The position numbers and the translations under genes are program-made. A stretch of DNA of 64,000 nt, from NCBI GenBank assembly GCA_951406725.2, contig OX597815.1:78926001-78990000 (forward strand), written 5' to 3'. Shown here one piece after another: positions 25,380 through 37,400 of the stretch; position 1 is the stretch's first letter; each line of letters begins with the position of its first letter. The notes beneath the pieces were generated by a model, which ran no database searches, was not told the origin of the DNA, and saw nothing but the letters and a program-made list of their open reading frames with translations. The stretch comes from Octopus vulgaris (lineage: Eukaryota).

Positions 25380-26910
25380 TAAACTTACAAGAAAACAAGC
25401 ACCACCACTTATAATTCAATTAATGTAGAAGCAAAAAATTTAGCCACAAAGTTTAAAATAGAAGACAAAGTAGAAAAGCTTATCCCACGAAATTCTTTTA
25501 TAACTCTGAAAGATCATAAAAATAACTTCACGCATAATCCTAGCTGTAGATTAATAAATCTCACAAAAAGCGAAATAGTAATTCTTAGTAAATCTATATT
25601 AGATAATATTATACAACATATCAGAGCACACTCAAATCCTACTCAATGGATATTCAGTAGTGCAACTATTAAATCGTTCAAGAAAATAGAAGATAAACCC
25701 AAATGCAAATTTATTCAATTCGATATCATAGAGTTCTACCCCTTGATCTCCAAAAGGTTGGTTCAGAAGGCACTTGAATGTCTTATATGTCACTACTAGC
25801 AGTATCGCCCGGCGTTGCTCAGGTTTGTAAGGGAAATAACTATAAAGCATTTTTAGATAGTTATAGCCAAAAAATAGGAAAAAAATGGGGAAAAAAATGA
25901 TGGTAAATTTTTTTTGAGAGTTAAAAAAGGTCGAGTTGCGTTCCCTAGACAGTCTGTGGTTTGTGTTTCTGATTCTCGACCCCATGTCGAATTTATCGAT
26001 TTTTTTCAGAACTGGGGGAACTTTTCAAAATTTTCGCTGCGTTAGTTTTGAATTATGACATTGGGCTATGTGTGTGTCAAGTTTCATCAGAATCGGTTGA
26101 AAGCCATGGTCAGTGTGAGGGTACAACCAAACAGACACACAGAAACACACACAGACAAACTGCCGTTTATATAGAGAGAGATAACAAATGCTGATATAGA
26201 TATAATTATGAATACAAGGGAGTCATTAATCTTTCATGATGATTCTTATTGGCTAAAAAGGAATGGAGGTGTGGTAATTGGTATGGCATTGGGGAGCTAT
26301 GATGGTGCAAAGATAGCTGATCTTGTAATCCTTTATATCCTAGATACCCTTAAAAAAAGAAATAAAAGAAGCTAACATAGGTTTATATAGGGAAGATGGC
26401 CTCGGAGTAATATACAATAAAAATGGACATTAGGCAAAATATTTAGCCAGTTAGGCCTAAGAACCACAATTAGTACAAACCTTGAAGAAGTCAACTTCCT
26501 AGATATTAACATTAATCTTAATATAGGAAAATTTAAACCCTACCACAAACCAAACAAGGAAGCCTTGTACATAGACAGAGGTTCCAGTCACCTACCAGTA
26601 GTAATTAAAAATATGGTTAACAACATTAGCAAGCACATCTCCAGTTTATTCACCAACAAAAACACATTTGAAAAGCCACCCCATATAATGCTGCATTAGA
26701 AAGGCCCAACTTGAAGAATAGCATTTACTACATAGAACCAAATATAAATAGGCCAAGAAGATTCAGACAGAGGAATATCTTATAGTTTAATCCAACTTAT
26801 AGCATGAATGTAGCTACTAACATAGCTAGGAAATTCTTAAAACTAATAGACAACCACTTTCCACACGATCTTCAAGAGCAATACTGTTAAAGTTAGCAAT
26901 ATAAAACCAA
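25380..26910 (+). pseudogene. Penelope-like element reverse transcriptase remnant
   Basis: SFITLKDHKNNFTHNPSCRLIN, FIQFDIIEFYP, GMALGSYDGA, GLYREDGL, VNFLDI, YSMNVATNIARKFLKLIDNHFP are PLE RT motifs; stops and frameshifts present. Confidence 0.85.
25796..26181 (-). mobile_element. non-autonomous Helitron inserted in the PLE RT
   Basis: minus strand starts TC, ends with a GC hairpin then CTAG; sits between A25795 and T26182; removal restores ..VTITNADIDIIM.. Confidence 0.85.
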
Positions 26911-29129
26911 TAATACAAGGCTGTGTTTTCCAAAATGGAAAACATGTGATTAACTTGAAAATTGTTAAGGCACTAGGATATTTTCCTACTTTTCTTGACA
27001 TGAAACCAATGGTAGCCTTAATTCACAAATAAAGAAATTATATCCACCAATGCAGTGTCGAGCACTCATTCTCATCATTCAACACACACACACATGTATA
27101 TATATATGAAGTTTTCATAGTACTTTTTACTATTCCACATCACACAAAGCAATATATTTTCACTATTTTCTTATTTATATATGTTTGTTATTTCTTTTCT
27201 TTGTTCTTATAATCATAACATTTTTCATCCATTTTCTATGCAAATATTAACTGCAAACTCAAATTTGTATAAATTAATGGTGAAAGGTGTTTTCTTTCTT
27301 TTTATTGTTGGTCATTGTAATCAACACTATCCTTGTAACTATTATTGTTAAGATATTGTGATCAATGGCTGAATTCACCAAACTATATTCTGGAGGATCT
27401 GTCATATTCTATGATTATTTTGAGTTCTTCCTTATTTACATTTTAGTTTAACAGCCTTAAAGGTATTTTGTACAAGAATTGTATATTATTAACAAATTGC
27501 ATCCATTGAATATTGTTCATCATTTCACTTTATTCAAGTGCCAATCAGCCATTCTCTCTGAACTGGCTCTCTGCAGCTAATATTTTTCTCTTCTTTATCT
27601 TATTTTGACAGATTTTTTCTTTTTTTATTTCTTTCTTCCCTACTATACACATGTATACTACTAGTTTTCTCTCTACTTGCTAACTTTAATTTATTTATTG
27701 TGTAAGCAGGAGAGTTTATAAGTGTGAATATGCAGAGTTGATAGGTTTAGGGAAAAGAAAATAGCCTTTTTGAGATATAAAAACATATATAATTGAGTAA
27801 GAAATGTCTGAATAAATGGACAAAATGCCACTAAGCATTTAACCCAGTATGTTAATGATCTGTCAGCTCACCACCTTGGTGCTCTAATATAACAGGATAC
27901 AAGACAACTCTATCATTAATGATAGCTGTGAGTTCTGAAGGGGTTATAGTAGAGAGTGTTTGGGATACATGCAGATTTGATGTGATCCTATATACCTTGT
28001 GCTGGGCAAGAGAAGTAAGCTGATATGGATGAGGGAGGTTGACTGTTGGAGGGATGTAAGGGTTGGGTAGGCACAGTGACATCACTACTTTCACAAGAGG
28101 CATTATTTTGGTGGGAAGGAGAGATATGCTGCCATCCTTTGTTACACAGACTGCATAAAACAATGGGAATAAAACAAAAGGTGATTAAGAGAAGAAGCAG
28201 ACAAAGCAAATGCAGATTTCGCTTGCTATATATATATATATATATATATATAGTATATTAGCAGCAGCAGCAGCATTTAACGTCTTAGCAAGCCAAAGGA
28301 CTGTGCCAAGCTCTGTTGTCTGTTTTGGCATGGTTCTAAGGCAGGATGCTTTTCCTGATGCCATCCACTTTATAGAATGTACTGGATGCCTTTTTCATGG
28401 TACCAGCACTGGTGGGGGTCGCCAAGCAACTTGCAAGACAAAGTCCCTTGACTGGAACTAGTAATACCAAGGGAAGTAGCTTTTGCCAGTTGATGAGAGT
28501 TCAAAACAATAATAGAAGGATAATGTGTCTTGCTGTAGAAGAGTTGCAAGGATACCCCTAGTTGGGGAAGGAGGAAGAGAAAGAGTAACTTAAAAAGAAA
28601 GATGGAGATGAGAAAGATGGTGATGGTTATCTGTCAGGACATACCCTCAAGGTACAGTGGGGTGGTGGTGAATATAGGTGAAATGATACAGAGGATTAGA
28701 CTGGGTGGGTGAGAAGAGAGGTAAATTTTATAAGTATGTGAGGAGAGAGTGATCAGATGGGATAGCAGTGATTGTAGTAATTGATGGTGAGAGGTATGGG
28801 AGTGGTTCAGGGGGAAGGGGTTATATTAGATGTGTGAGAGCATTGGGAGTGATTGCAGATAAAAGGTGTGTTAAGGATGGAGGGTAGAAAGCATGGCTGG
28901 AGGAAGGTAATGATGAATGGAAGTGGTTATGAGGGTGGGGAAAGAAAAAGGAAAGTAACAAAAAGGAGAAGGTGCCAATTCTGCTCTCTGATGATTATGG
29001 TTGAAAAATACCAGAGATAGAGAAGCAATGAGAATATGAGATGTGGGGAAAAGCTTGATGAGGCAGAGCTCTGCATGTACAAGCATTTACCAAAATGATT
29101 TTTAAGATATCAAATTTATTGTGGTGGAT

Positions 29130-29250
29130 GGATCTTCTCGAGAACAGCAAAGTGTCAGATATCTTGGTCCTTTGTCATCTCCTCCATAAGGCTCAGCATT
29201 TTGAGATTGGCCTTCAGTACCTCATTTGGCAGTGGAGGATCACGCTGCTT

Positions 29251-29284
<34 letters not shown>

Positions 29285-30045
29285 CTGTGTGTGTTGAGTG
29301 TGTTATGCTTCCAATTTAACATACATTTTGCTATGCCTGCAATGGTGAGTAGGTCTTCTCTTGAATGTTGCCAATCAGCTTGTCTTTATGTTTATGAAAT
29401 GCAACATTTTCAAATAAGCCTTCATCAATTTATTCCATGTCTTCATTGGCTTCCTTCTTGCACAAGTTCCATTCAGACATTTTAAACATCTCAGTGATAA
29501 TTCCTGATGGACTAACTGTCTTTCCTGCCTTCAAATCCTTAACAATTCTACCCACCATATTGCTGTCAGTTTGAATGGCTGATGTCTGTTTTTCTCAGAG
29601 TAGACTTCCTTTCTCTCATGCATTCTTTTCATTCAATGTCAAAGAGCAAAAATGCCATAATCATTCCATACACATTTCTCGCCAATGATGTCTTAATTTT
29701 TCCACACACATGCCTTGTAACCCAGAATACCTCATGCTGCTGATCCTCATGTCTTAGAACAGTGGCAAACTTCTCTTGCTCAATATACTTGATGCTTCTC
29801 TTCTTTTGATCTGATGTTGCTTTTTGCTGTCTCTTTCAATTTTTCTCTTCGCTTTTATGGCTCCATTGTCACAACTATTGCCCTGCTATGTCACTCTGTT
29901 TTAACCTGACACCTTGCACCAGTCATAAATTCAGTCTGTCATCTTCTGTCTCTTTGTCATACGTGTCATGTAAAACATCTCTGATGCTGTTGCAGATTGT
30001 TAGCTTTTTTAACTTCCATATACTCCTTCTTTGCAATTTCTTTTT
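29130..30045 (-). mobile_element. decayed RTE LINE fragments
   Basis: minus-strand pieces EKFATVLRHEDQQHEVF and DIIGEKCVWND parallel KKFANVQRREDQRAEVF and DVIGEKCVRMD. Confidence 0.7.
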
Positions 30046-30254
30046 GTCTATTGTGTGACGGGGCTGAATATATATATGAATAGCTGTGTGGTTTAGAAAT
30101 TTGCCTCACAACCAATTCAGTTCCATTGAGCTGTACCTTGAGAAAATGATTTCTACTATAACTTCATGCTTACCAATGCCATATGAACAGAATTGGTTGA
30201 AGGAAATTGTTTGTAAGACTGCCATCTATGTATGTGTTTGTATGTATGCATATA

Positions 30255-30328
<74 letters not shown>

Positions 30329-30330
<2 letters not shown>

Positions 30331-30697
30331 CGCAAGAATGGTTATGTGGTAACTAGCTTGCTTACCAACCACATGGTTCCGGGTTCAGTCCCACTGCATG
30401 GCACCTTAGGAAAGTGTCTTCTTCTATAGCCTTGAGCCGACCAAAGCCTTATGAGTGGATTTGGTAGATGGAAACTGAAAGATGCCTGACATATGTATGT
30501 ATATATGTATATGTTTGTGAGTATGTTTGACAACTGATGTTGGTATGTTTACATCTCCGTAACTTAGCAGTTCAGCAAAACTGACCAATAGAATAAGTAC
30601 TAGGCTTACAAAGAATAAGTCCTAGGGTCAGTTTGTTCAACTAAAGGCAGTGCTCCACCATGGACGCAGTCAAATGACTGAAACAAGTAAAATAAAA

Positions 30698-30699
<2 letters not shown>
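30329..30699 (+). mobile_element. tRNA-derived SINE with CR1/L2-LINE-like tail
   Basis: A-box/B-box-like TGTGGTAAC..GGTTCAGTCCC head as in 955-1340, but 3' end GGCAGTGCTCCACCATGG..CAGTCAAATGACTGAAACAAGTAAAA matches the LINE end at 59275-59345. Confidence 0.85.
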
Positions 30700-30730
<31 letters not shown>

Positions 30731-30731
<1 letters not shown>

Positions 30732-33518
30732 TCTTCTTCTTTTTCCTCCTCTTCTTCTTCATATGCTAAAACTTGAAAACCGCCATTACTATTACTATTA
30801 CGATTCTGCAATTTAAATTCCCAGTTCAACTACTTTCTTCTTCAATTTCAACTCCCGCTCGATGACCGCAGCAAGTTCTTAAAAATTTATCTTACTATAT
30901 TTTTTTATTCGTTGTTACTACGTTTATTCATACACTGTTACGAAAATTTAACCTTTTTTAGGCTACTTTCAAGCCTTCGCCATAACTTGATTTATCTTCC
31001 TATCTCTCTCTCTACAATATTTAACCGCAGGCTGCCTCAAGCCGTAATCCCATCTTTTCCCATCTTTCAGCCATTGGCGGTCTTCTTATTTTTCCTCCTC
31101 TTCTTCTTCATATGCTAAAACTTGAAAACCGCCATTACTATTACTATTACGATTCTGCAATTTAAATTCCCAGTTCAACTACTTTCTTCTTCAATTTCAA
31201 CTCCCGCTCGATGACCGCAGCAAGTTCTTAAAAATTTATCTTACTATATTTTTTTATTCGTTGTTACTACGTTTATTCATACACTGTTACGAAAATTTAA
31301 CCTTTTTAGGCTACTTTCAAGCCTTCGCCATAACTTGATTTATCTTCCTATCTCTCTCTCTACAATATTTAACCGCAGGCTGCCTCAAGCCGTAATCCCA
31401 TCTTTTCCCATCTTTCAGCCATTGGCGGTCTTCTTCTTTTTCCTCCTCTTCTTCTTCATATGCTAAAACTTGAAAACCGCCATTACTATTACTATTACGA
31501 TTCTGCAATTTAAATTCCCAGTTCAACTACTTTCTTCTTCAATTTCAACTCCCGCTCGATGACCGCAGCAAGTTCTTAAAAATTTATCTTACTATATTTT
31601 TTTATTCGTTGTTACTACGTTTATTCATACACTGTTACGAAAATTTAACCTTTTTTAGGCTACTTTCAAGCCTTCGCCATAACTTGATTTATCTTCCTAT
31701 CTCTCTCTCTACAATATTTAACCGCAGGCTGCCTCAAGCCGTAATCCCATCTTTTCCCATCTTTCAGCCATTGGCGGTCTTCTTCTTTTTCCTCCTCTTC
31801 TTCTTCATATGCTAAAACTTGAAAACCGCCATTACTATTACTATTACGATTCTGCAATTTAAATTCCCAGTTCAACTACTTTCTTCTTCAATTTCAACTC
31901 CCGCTCGATGACCGCAGCAAGTTCTTAAAAATTTATCTTACTATATTTTTTTATTCGTTGTTACTACGTTTATTCATACACTGTTACGAAAATTTAACCT
32001 TTTTTAGGCTACTTTCAAGCCTTCGCCATAACTTGATTTATCTTCCTATCTCTCTCTCTACAATATTTAACCGCAGGCTGCCTCAAGCCGTAATCCCATC
32101 TTTTCCCATCTTTCAGCCATTGGCGGTCTTCTTTTTCCTCCTCTTCTTCTTCATATGCTAAAACTTGAAAACCGCCATTACTATTACTATTACGATTCTG
32201 CAATTTAAATTCCCAGTTCAACTACTTTCTTCTTCAATTTCAACTCCCGCTCGATGACCGCAGCAAGTTCTTAAAAATTTATCTTACTATATTTTTTTAT
32301 TCGTTGTTACTACGTTTATTCATACACTGTTACGAAAATTTAACCTTTTTTAGGCTACTTTCAAGCCTTCGCCATAACTTGATTTATCTTCCTATCTCTC
32401 TCTCTACAATATTTAACCGCAGGCTGCCTCAAGCCGTAATCCCATCTTTTCCCATCTTTCAGCCATTGGCGGTCTTCTTCTTTTTCCTCCTCTTCTTCTT
32501 CATATGCTAAAACTTGAAAACCGCCATTACTATTACTATTACGATTCTGCAATTTAAATTCCCAGTTCAACTACTTTCTTCTTCAATTTCAACTCCCGCT
32601 CGATGACCGCAGCAAGTTCTTAAAAATTTATCTTACTATATTTTTTTATTCGTTGTTACTACGTTTATTCATACACTGTTACGAAAATTTAACCTTTTTT
32701 AGGCTACTTTCAAGCCTTCGCCATAACTTGATTTATCTTCCTATCTCTCTCTCTACAATATTTAACCGCAGGCTGCCTCAAGCCGTAATCCCATCTTTTC
32801 CCATCTTTCAGCCATTGGCGGTCTTCTTCTTTTTCCTCCTCTTCTTCTTCATATGCTAAAACTTGAAAACCGCCATTACTATTACTATTACGATTCTGCA
32901 ATTTAAATTCCCAGTTCAACTACTTTCTTCTTCAATTTCAACTCCCGCTCGATGACCGCAGCAAGTTCTTAAAAATTTATCTTACTATATTTTTTTATTC
33001 GTTGTTACTACGTTTATTCATACACTGTTACGAAAATTTAACCTTTTTTAGGCTACTTTCAAGCCTTCGCCATAACTTGATTTATCTTCCTATCTCTCTC
33101 TCTACAATATTTAACCGCAGGCTGCCTCAAGCCGTAATCCCATCTTTTCCCATCTTTCAGCCATTGGCGGTCTTCTTCTTTTTCCTCCTCTTCTTCTTCA
33201 TATGCTAAAACTTGAAAACCGCCATTACTATTACTATTACGATTCTGCAATTTAAATTCCCAGTTCAACTACTTTCTTCTTCAATTTCAACTCCCGCTCG
33301 ATGACCGCAGCAAGTTCTTAAAAATTTATCTTACTATATTTTTTTTATTCGTTGTTACTACGTTTATTCATACACTGTTACGAAAATTTAACCTTTTTAG
33401 GCTACTTTCAAGCCTTCGCCATAACTTGATTTATCTTCCTATCTCTCTCTCTACAATATTTAACCGCAGGCTGCCTCAAGCCGTAATCCCATCTTTTCCC
33501 ATCTTTCAGCCATTGGCG
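30731..33518 (+). repeat. tandem array of eight near-identical 349-bp monomers
   Basis: unit starts at 30731, 31080, 31428, 31777, 32126, 32472, 32821, 33170; differences are almost only 1-3 nt indels in simple tracts. Confidence 0.98.
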
Positions 33519-33535
33519 GTGCGCCCGCCCCCCCA

Positions 33536-33727
33536 CCCCCACCACCAATACTGTTGAACACTGTTCTCACCCCCACCACCAATACCGTTGAACACTGTTC
33601 TCACCCCCACCACCAATACCGTTGAACACTGTTCTCACCCCCACCACCAATACCGTTGAACACTGTTCTCACCCCCCCCACCACCAATACCGTTGAACAC
33701 TGTTCTCACCCCCCCACCACCAATACC
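33536..33727 (+). repeat. 34-bp minisatellite, 5 units plus a partial unit
   Basis: CCCCCACCACCAATACCGTTGAACACTGTTCTCA repeated directly with no spacers. Confidence 0.95.
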
Positions 33728-33816
33728 AGTATACCCCGTTCTCTCCATCTACACCGGATACACCTTACTCATCTACACTGGGTACGCCCTACTCCCTCCT
33801 CCTCCCCCCACTACCA

Positions 33817-34125
33817 CTTCTCCTCATATGCTTAAGACAAGCTGCTAGCGCCATAGCTCATCAACTGCCCACCGATCTTACGCTTCCTCCTGACACTGCC
33901 TCAATCCGACCATCCCCTTTTAGTACCCTCCCGCCTCGTCAATCCGACCATCCCCTTTTAGTACCCTTCTCCTCATATGCTTAAGACAAGCTGCTAGCGC
34001 CATAGCTCATCAACTGCCCACCGATCTTACGCTTCCTCCTGACACTGCCTCAATCCGACCATCCCCTTTTAGTACCCTCCCGCCTCGTCAATCCGACCAT
34101 CCCCTTTAGTACCCTCCCGCCTCGT
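33817..34125 (+). repeat. ~149-bp tandem duplication with internal ~38-bp repeats
   Basis: CTTCTCCTCATATGCTTAAGACAAGC.. occurs near 33817 and 33966; TCAATCCGACCATCCCCTTT(T)AGTACCCT occurs four times. Confidence 0.92.
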
Positions 34126-34493
34126 AATATCCTACGTTTTTATTTCTTAGGAACCTACACCAACCCTTCCTGCCATCGTTCCTCCTTACCCCAACCTTCC
34201 CCACTGGTTGCTCCCCTATATTACCCGCCTCAACTGGACCTCCCCAACTCAACTCTAGAATATCTGTATTTCTTTCCTCTACCTAATTACGTTACTCAGT
34301 GACGATAACAAATGTCCACTGCTAACACCAGCTCCTGCCCACGGCGTGGTCAGGTTGGAAGAGAGATCAAAAGAAAAATACCACGAAAACTATCACCACC
34401 ACTACAACCCTCCTCTTCTCAGACGCCGAATCCCCCTGTCCCCCCCACATCTCCTTCCCAGTTTTCAGAGTTGGCACTATCAATGTTGGTACA

Positions 34494-37400
34494 TTGACAG
34501 GCAAGTCTAGTGAGATTGTAGAGATGCTAGAGAGAAGACAGGTTGATGTATGCTGCATACAAGAGGTAAGATGGAGAGATGCTTCGGCTAGAGTCCTCAC
34601 GGGCAAGGCACTTAGATACAAACTCTACTGGCAAGGTAACGCGGAAGGTGTAGGGGGTGTAGGCATTCTCCTTGCGGAGGAATGGGTGGATAAGGTCATA
34701 GAGGTTGTCAGGGTTTGTGATAGAGTGCTTAAGCTCAGGTTGGTCCTACAGAGTGGCACAGCTATGATTATCTCAGCCTATGCCCCACAAGCGGGACTAC
34801 CAAATGATCAGAAGGACAACTTTTATGATACCCTTCTGCAGGCTACTTCAAAGACTAGTAACAAGGACCTCATCTTTGTAGGTGGAGATTTTAACGGGCA
34901 TGTTGGGCGGGAATCGGGTATCTTCACTGGGGTACATGGTGGATATGGTATTGGCACCAGAAATGATGAGGGAACTAGACTACTGGAATTCTGTGATGCA
35001 TGTAACCTTTCAATCTGCAACACTAACTTCAAGAAGCCAGTCTGCCACCTTATAACTTATCAGTCAGGAGACTCCGCTAGCCAAATAGACTTCATCCTCA
35101 CCAGACAACGGGATGCAGGGTTGCTCTTGAATACAAAGACCCTCCCGGGTGAAGAATGTATCCCTCAGCATAGACTAATCATCAGTGACTTTAAGCTTGA
35201 GGCCAGAAGGACTCCAAGAAACAAACCAATCCAGAAAAGAAGGATTTGGAGGCTAAAGAACCCTTCGCATGGTCAGAAATTTAGGGACATACTCATCAAG
35301 AAATTTGATGAGAGGGAAGAGGAGCTTCAGACGTCAGACATAGAAGGTAGCTGGGGATTCCTACGGGACAGCTTGTTGAGTGCCACAGACCAAGTTTGTG
35401 GATGGTGCAAAGTCCCTTCCAGACCTAGAATTACGTGGTGGTGGAATAGTGCAGTAGATAAAGCCATCTGTGAAAAGAGACGGGCCTGGAAAGCCTGGAA
35501 GGATGGGGGCAGCAGGGAACTGTACCAGATAGCCAAAAGGGAGGCTGGGCGGCAGGTATACATTGCCAAAGATGTAGCAGAAAAGAAGAAGTTTGCCAAT
35601 GTCCAGCGTCGCGAGGATCAAAGAGCTGAAGTATTTCGGATTGCCAGACAGTGTGTCAGAGAAAATAGCGATGTTATAGGAGAGAAATGTGTCCGCATGG
35701 ATGATGGGGCACTTGCTTTTACTACTAGTGAAAAGAAAGAGGCTTGGAGAAGCCATTATGAAAGACTGCTAAATGAGGAGAATGAATGGGAGGAGGAGAG
35801 CCTGCCAAATGTTGACCCAGTAGAGGGACCAGCTACCCGAATAGACAGCTCCCTTGTAGATAAGGCAATTAAGGATATGAAACCAGGCAAAGCCCCTGGC
35901 CTATCAGGAATCACTGCTGAGATGCTTAAAACAGCTGGCTATGTGGGCCATGCCATAGTCACCCGCATTGTAAACCAGGTAGTTCACAATGGAGCCATAC
36001 CCAATGACTGGTGCAGCAGTACCATAGTCAACTGCTACAAGGGTAAGGGAGATGCTCTAGATAGAAATAACTACAGAGGTATCAAACTGTTGGACCAGGT
36101 GATGAAGGTCTCAGAGAAGGTCATAACCAATCTCATTAGGGAGAGAATTTGTTTAGATGAAATGCAGTTCGGTTTTGTACCAGGTAGAAGCACCACTGAT
36201 GCTATATTCCTGGTCCGACAACTGCAGGAGAAGTACCTAGCTAAAGATAAACCCCTCTACATAGCTTTTGTAGACTTGGAGAAAGCCTTTGACAGGGTTC
36301 CCCGTTCCCTTATCTGGTGGTCGATGCGGAAACTGGAGATTGAAGAATGGCTAATAAGGGCTGTACAGGCTCTATACAGAGAGGCTGTTAGCAAGGTTAG
36401 GATTGGCAACGAATATAGTGAAGAATTCCGAGTAGAAGTAGGTGTGCACCAGGGCTCAGCCCTCAGTCCCCTTTTGTTCATCATAGTCCTTCAAGCAATA
36501 ACAGAGGAATTCAAAACGGGATGCCCCTGGGAGCTCCTCTATGCCGATGACCTAGCTCTCATAGCAGAATCACTACCGGAACTAGAAGAGAAATTTCGGG
36601 TATGGAAGCAAGGGTTGGAATCAAAGGGCCTTAGAATAAATGTAGCAAAGACCAAAGTATTAGTAAGCAGCAAGAGGTACTCAACACACATCCCCTCGGG
36701 TAGGTGGCCCTGCTCAACCTGTAGGAAAGGTACAGGTAGAAACTCCATAAGATGCACCCAATGTAAGTTATGGACACATAAGAGGTGCAGCAACATTAAA
36801 GGGAAATTAACAGATAAGATAGCTTTCATGTGCGGCAGATGCACAGGGACAATAGACACAACAGACACTCAGAAAACAGATTCCATCACACTCCAGGGAG
36901 AGAAACTAGAAGTAGTTGATAGTTTCCGCTACCTGGGAGACCAAGTTAGTAGCGGAGGTGGATGCACAGAGAGTATCACCACTAGAATACGAATAGCCTG
37001 GGCAAAGTTCAGAAAGCTCCTACCCCTACTGGCAACAAAAGGCCTCTCCCTCAGAGCAAAAGGTAGATTATATGATGCATGTGTGCGAACTGCCATGCTT
37101 CACGGTAATGAAACATGGGCTGTGACTGCAGAAGACATGCGTAGACTTGAAAGAAATGAAGCTAGCATGATCCGCTGGATGTGTAGTGTCAGTGTGCACG
37201 CAAAACAGAGTGTAAGTATCCTGAGAGAAATGCTGGATATAAGAAGCATCAGATGTGGTGTGCAAGAGCGACGCTTGCGATGGTATGGTCATGTGCTGCG
37301 GATGGATGAAGAGAGATGTGTGAAGAAGTGCCACTCCCAAACAGTTGAAGGTATCAGGGGGAGAGGTAGACCCAGGAAGACATGGGATGAGGTGGTCAAG

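Noticed and set aside
28560-29080. Purine-rich stretch as a possible extra exon or acidic protein
   Set aside because: No sustained ORF or convincing splice pair, and the THADA phases close without it.
30329-30400. tRNA gene
   Set aside because: Only A/B-box-like remnants with no full cloverleaf; it continues into SINE body sequence.
30731-31079. Possible hammerhead or HDV ribozyme inside the monomer (CGATGA...CGAAA)
   Set aside because: No CUGANGA core or supporting stems were found by eye. An HDV-like fold cannot be excluded without a structure search.
30641-33268. Repeated 67-69 aa ORFs on both strands of the 349-bp array
   Set aside because: They start at TTG, show no recognisable domain, and are broken by indels in some units; they are by-products of the repeat.
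33536-33727. 34-bp repeats of CRISPR-like length
   Set aside because: Units are directly adjacent with no unique spacers, there are no cas genes, and the context is eukaryotic.
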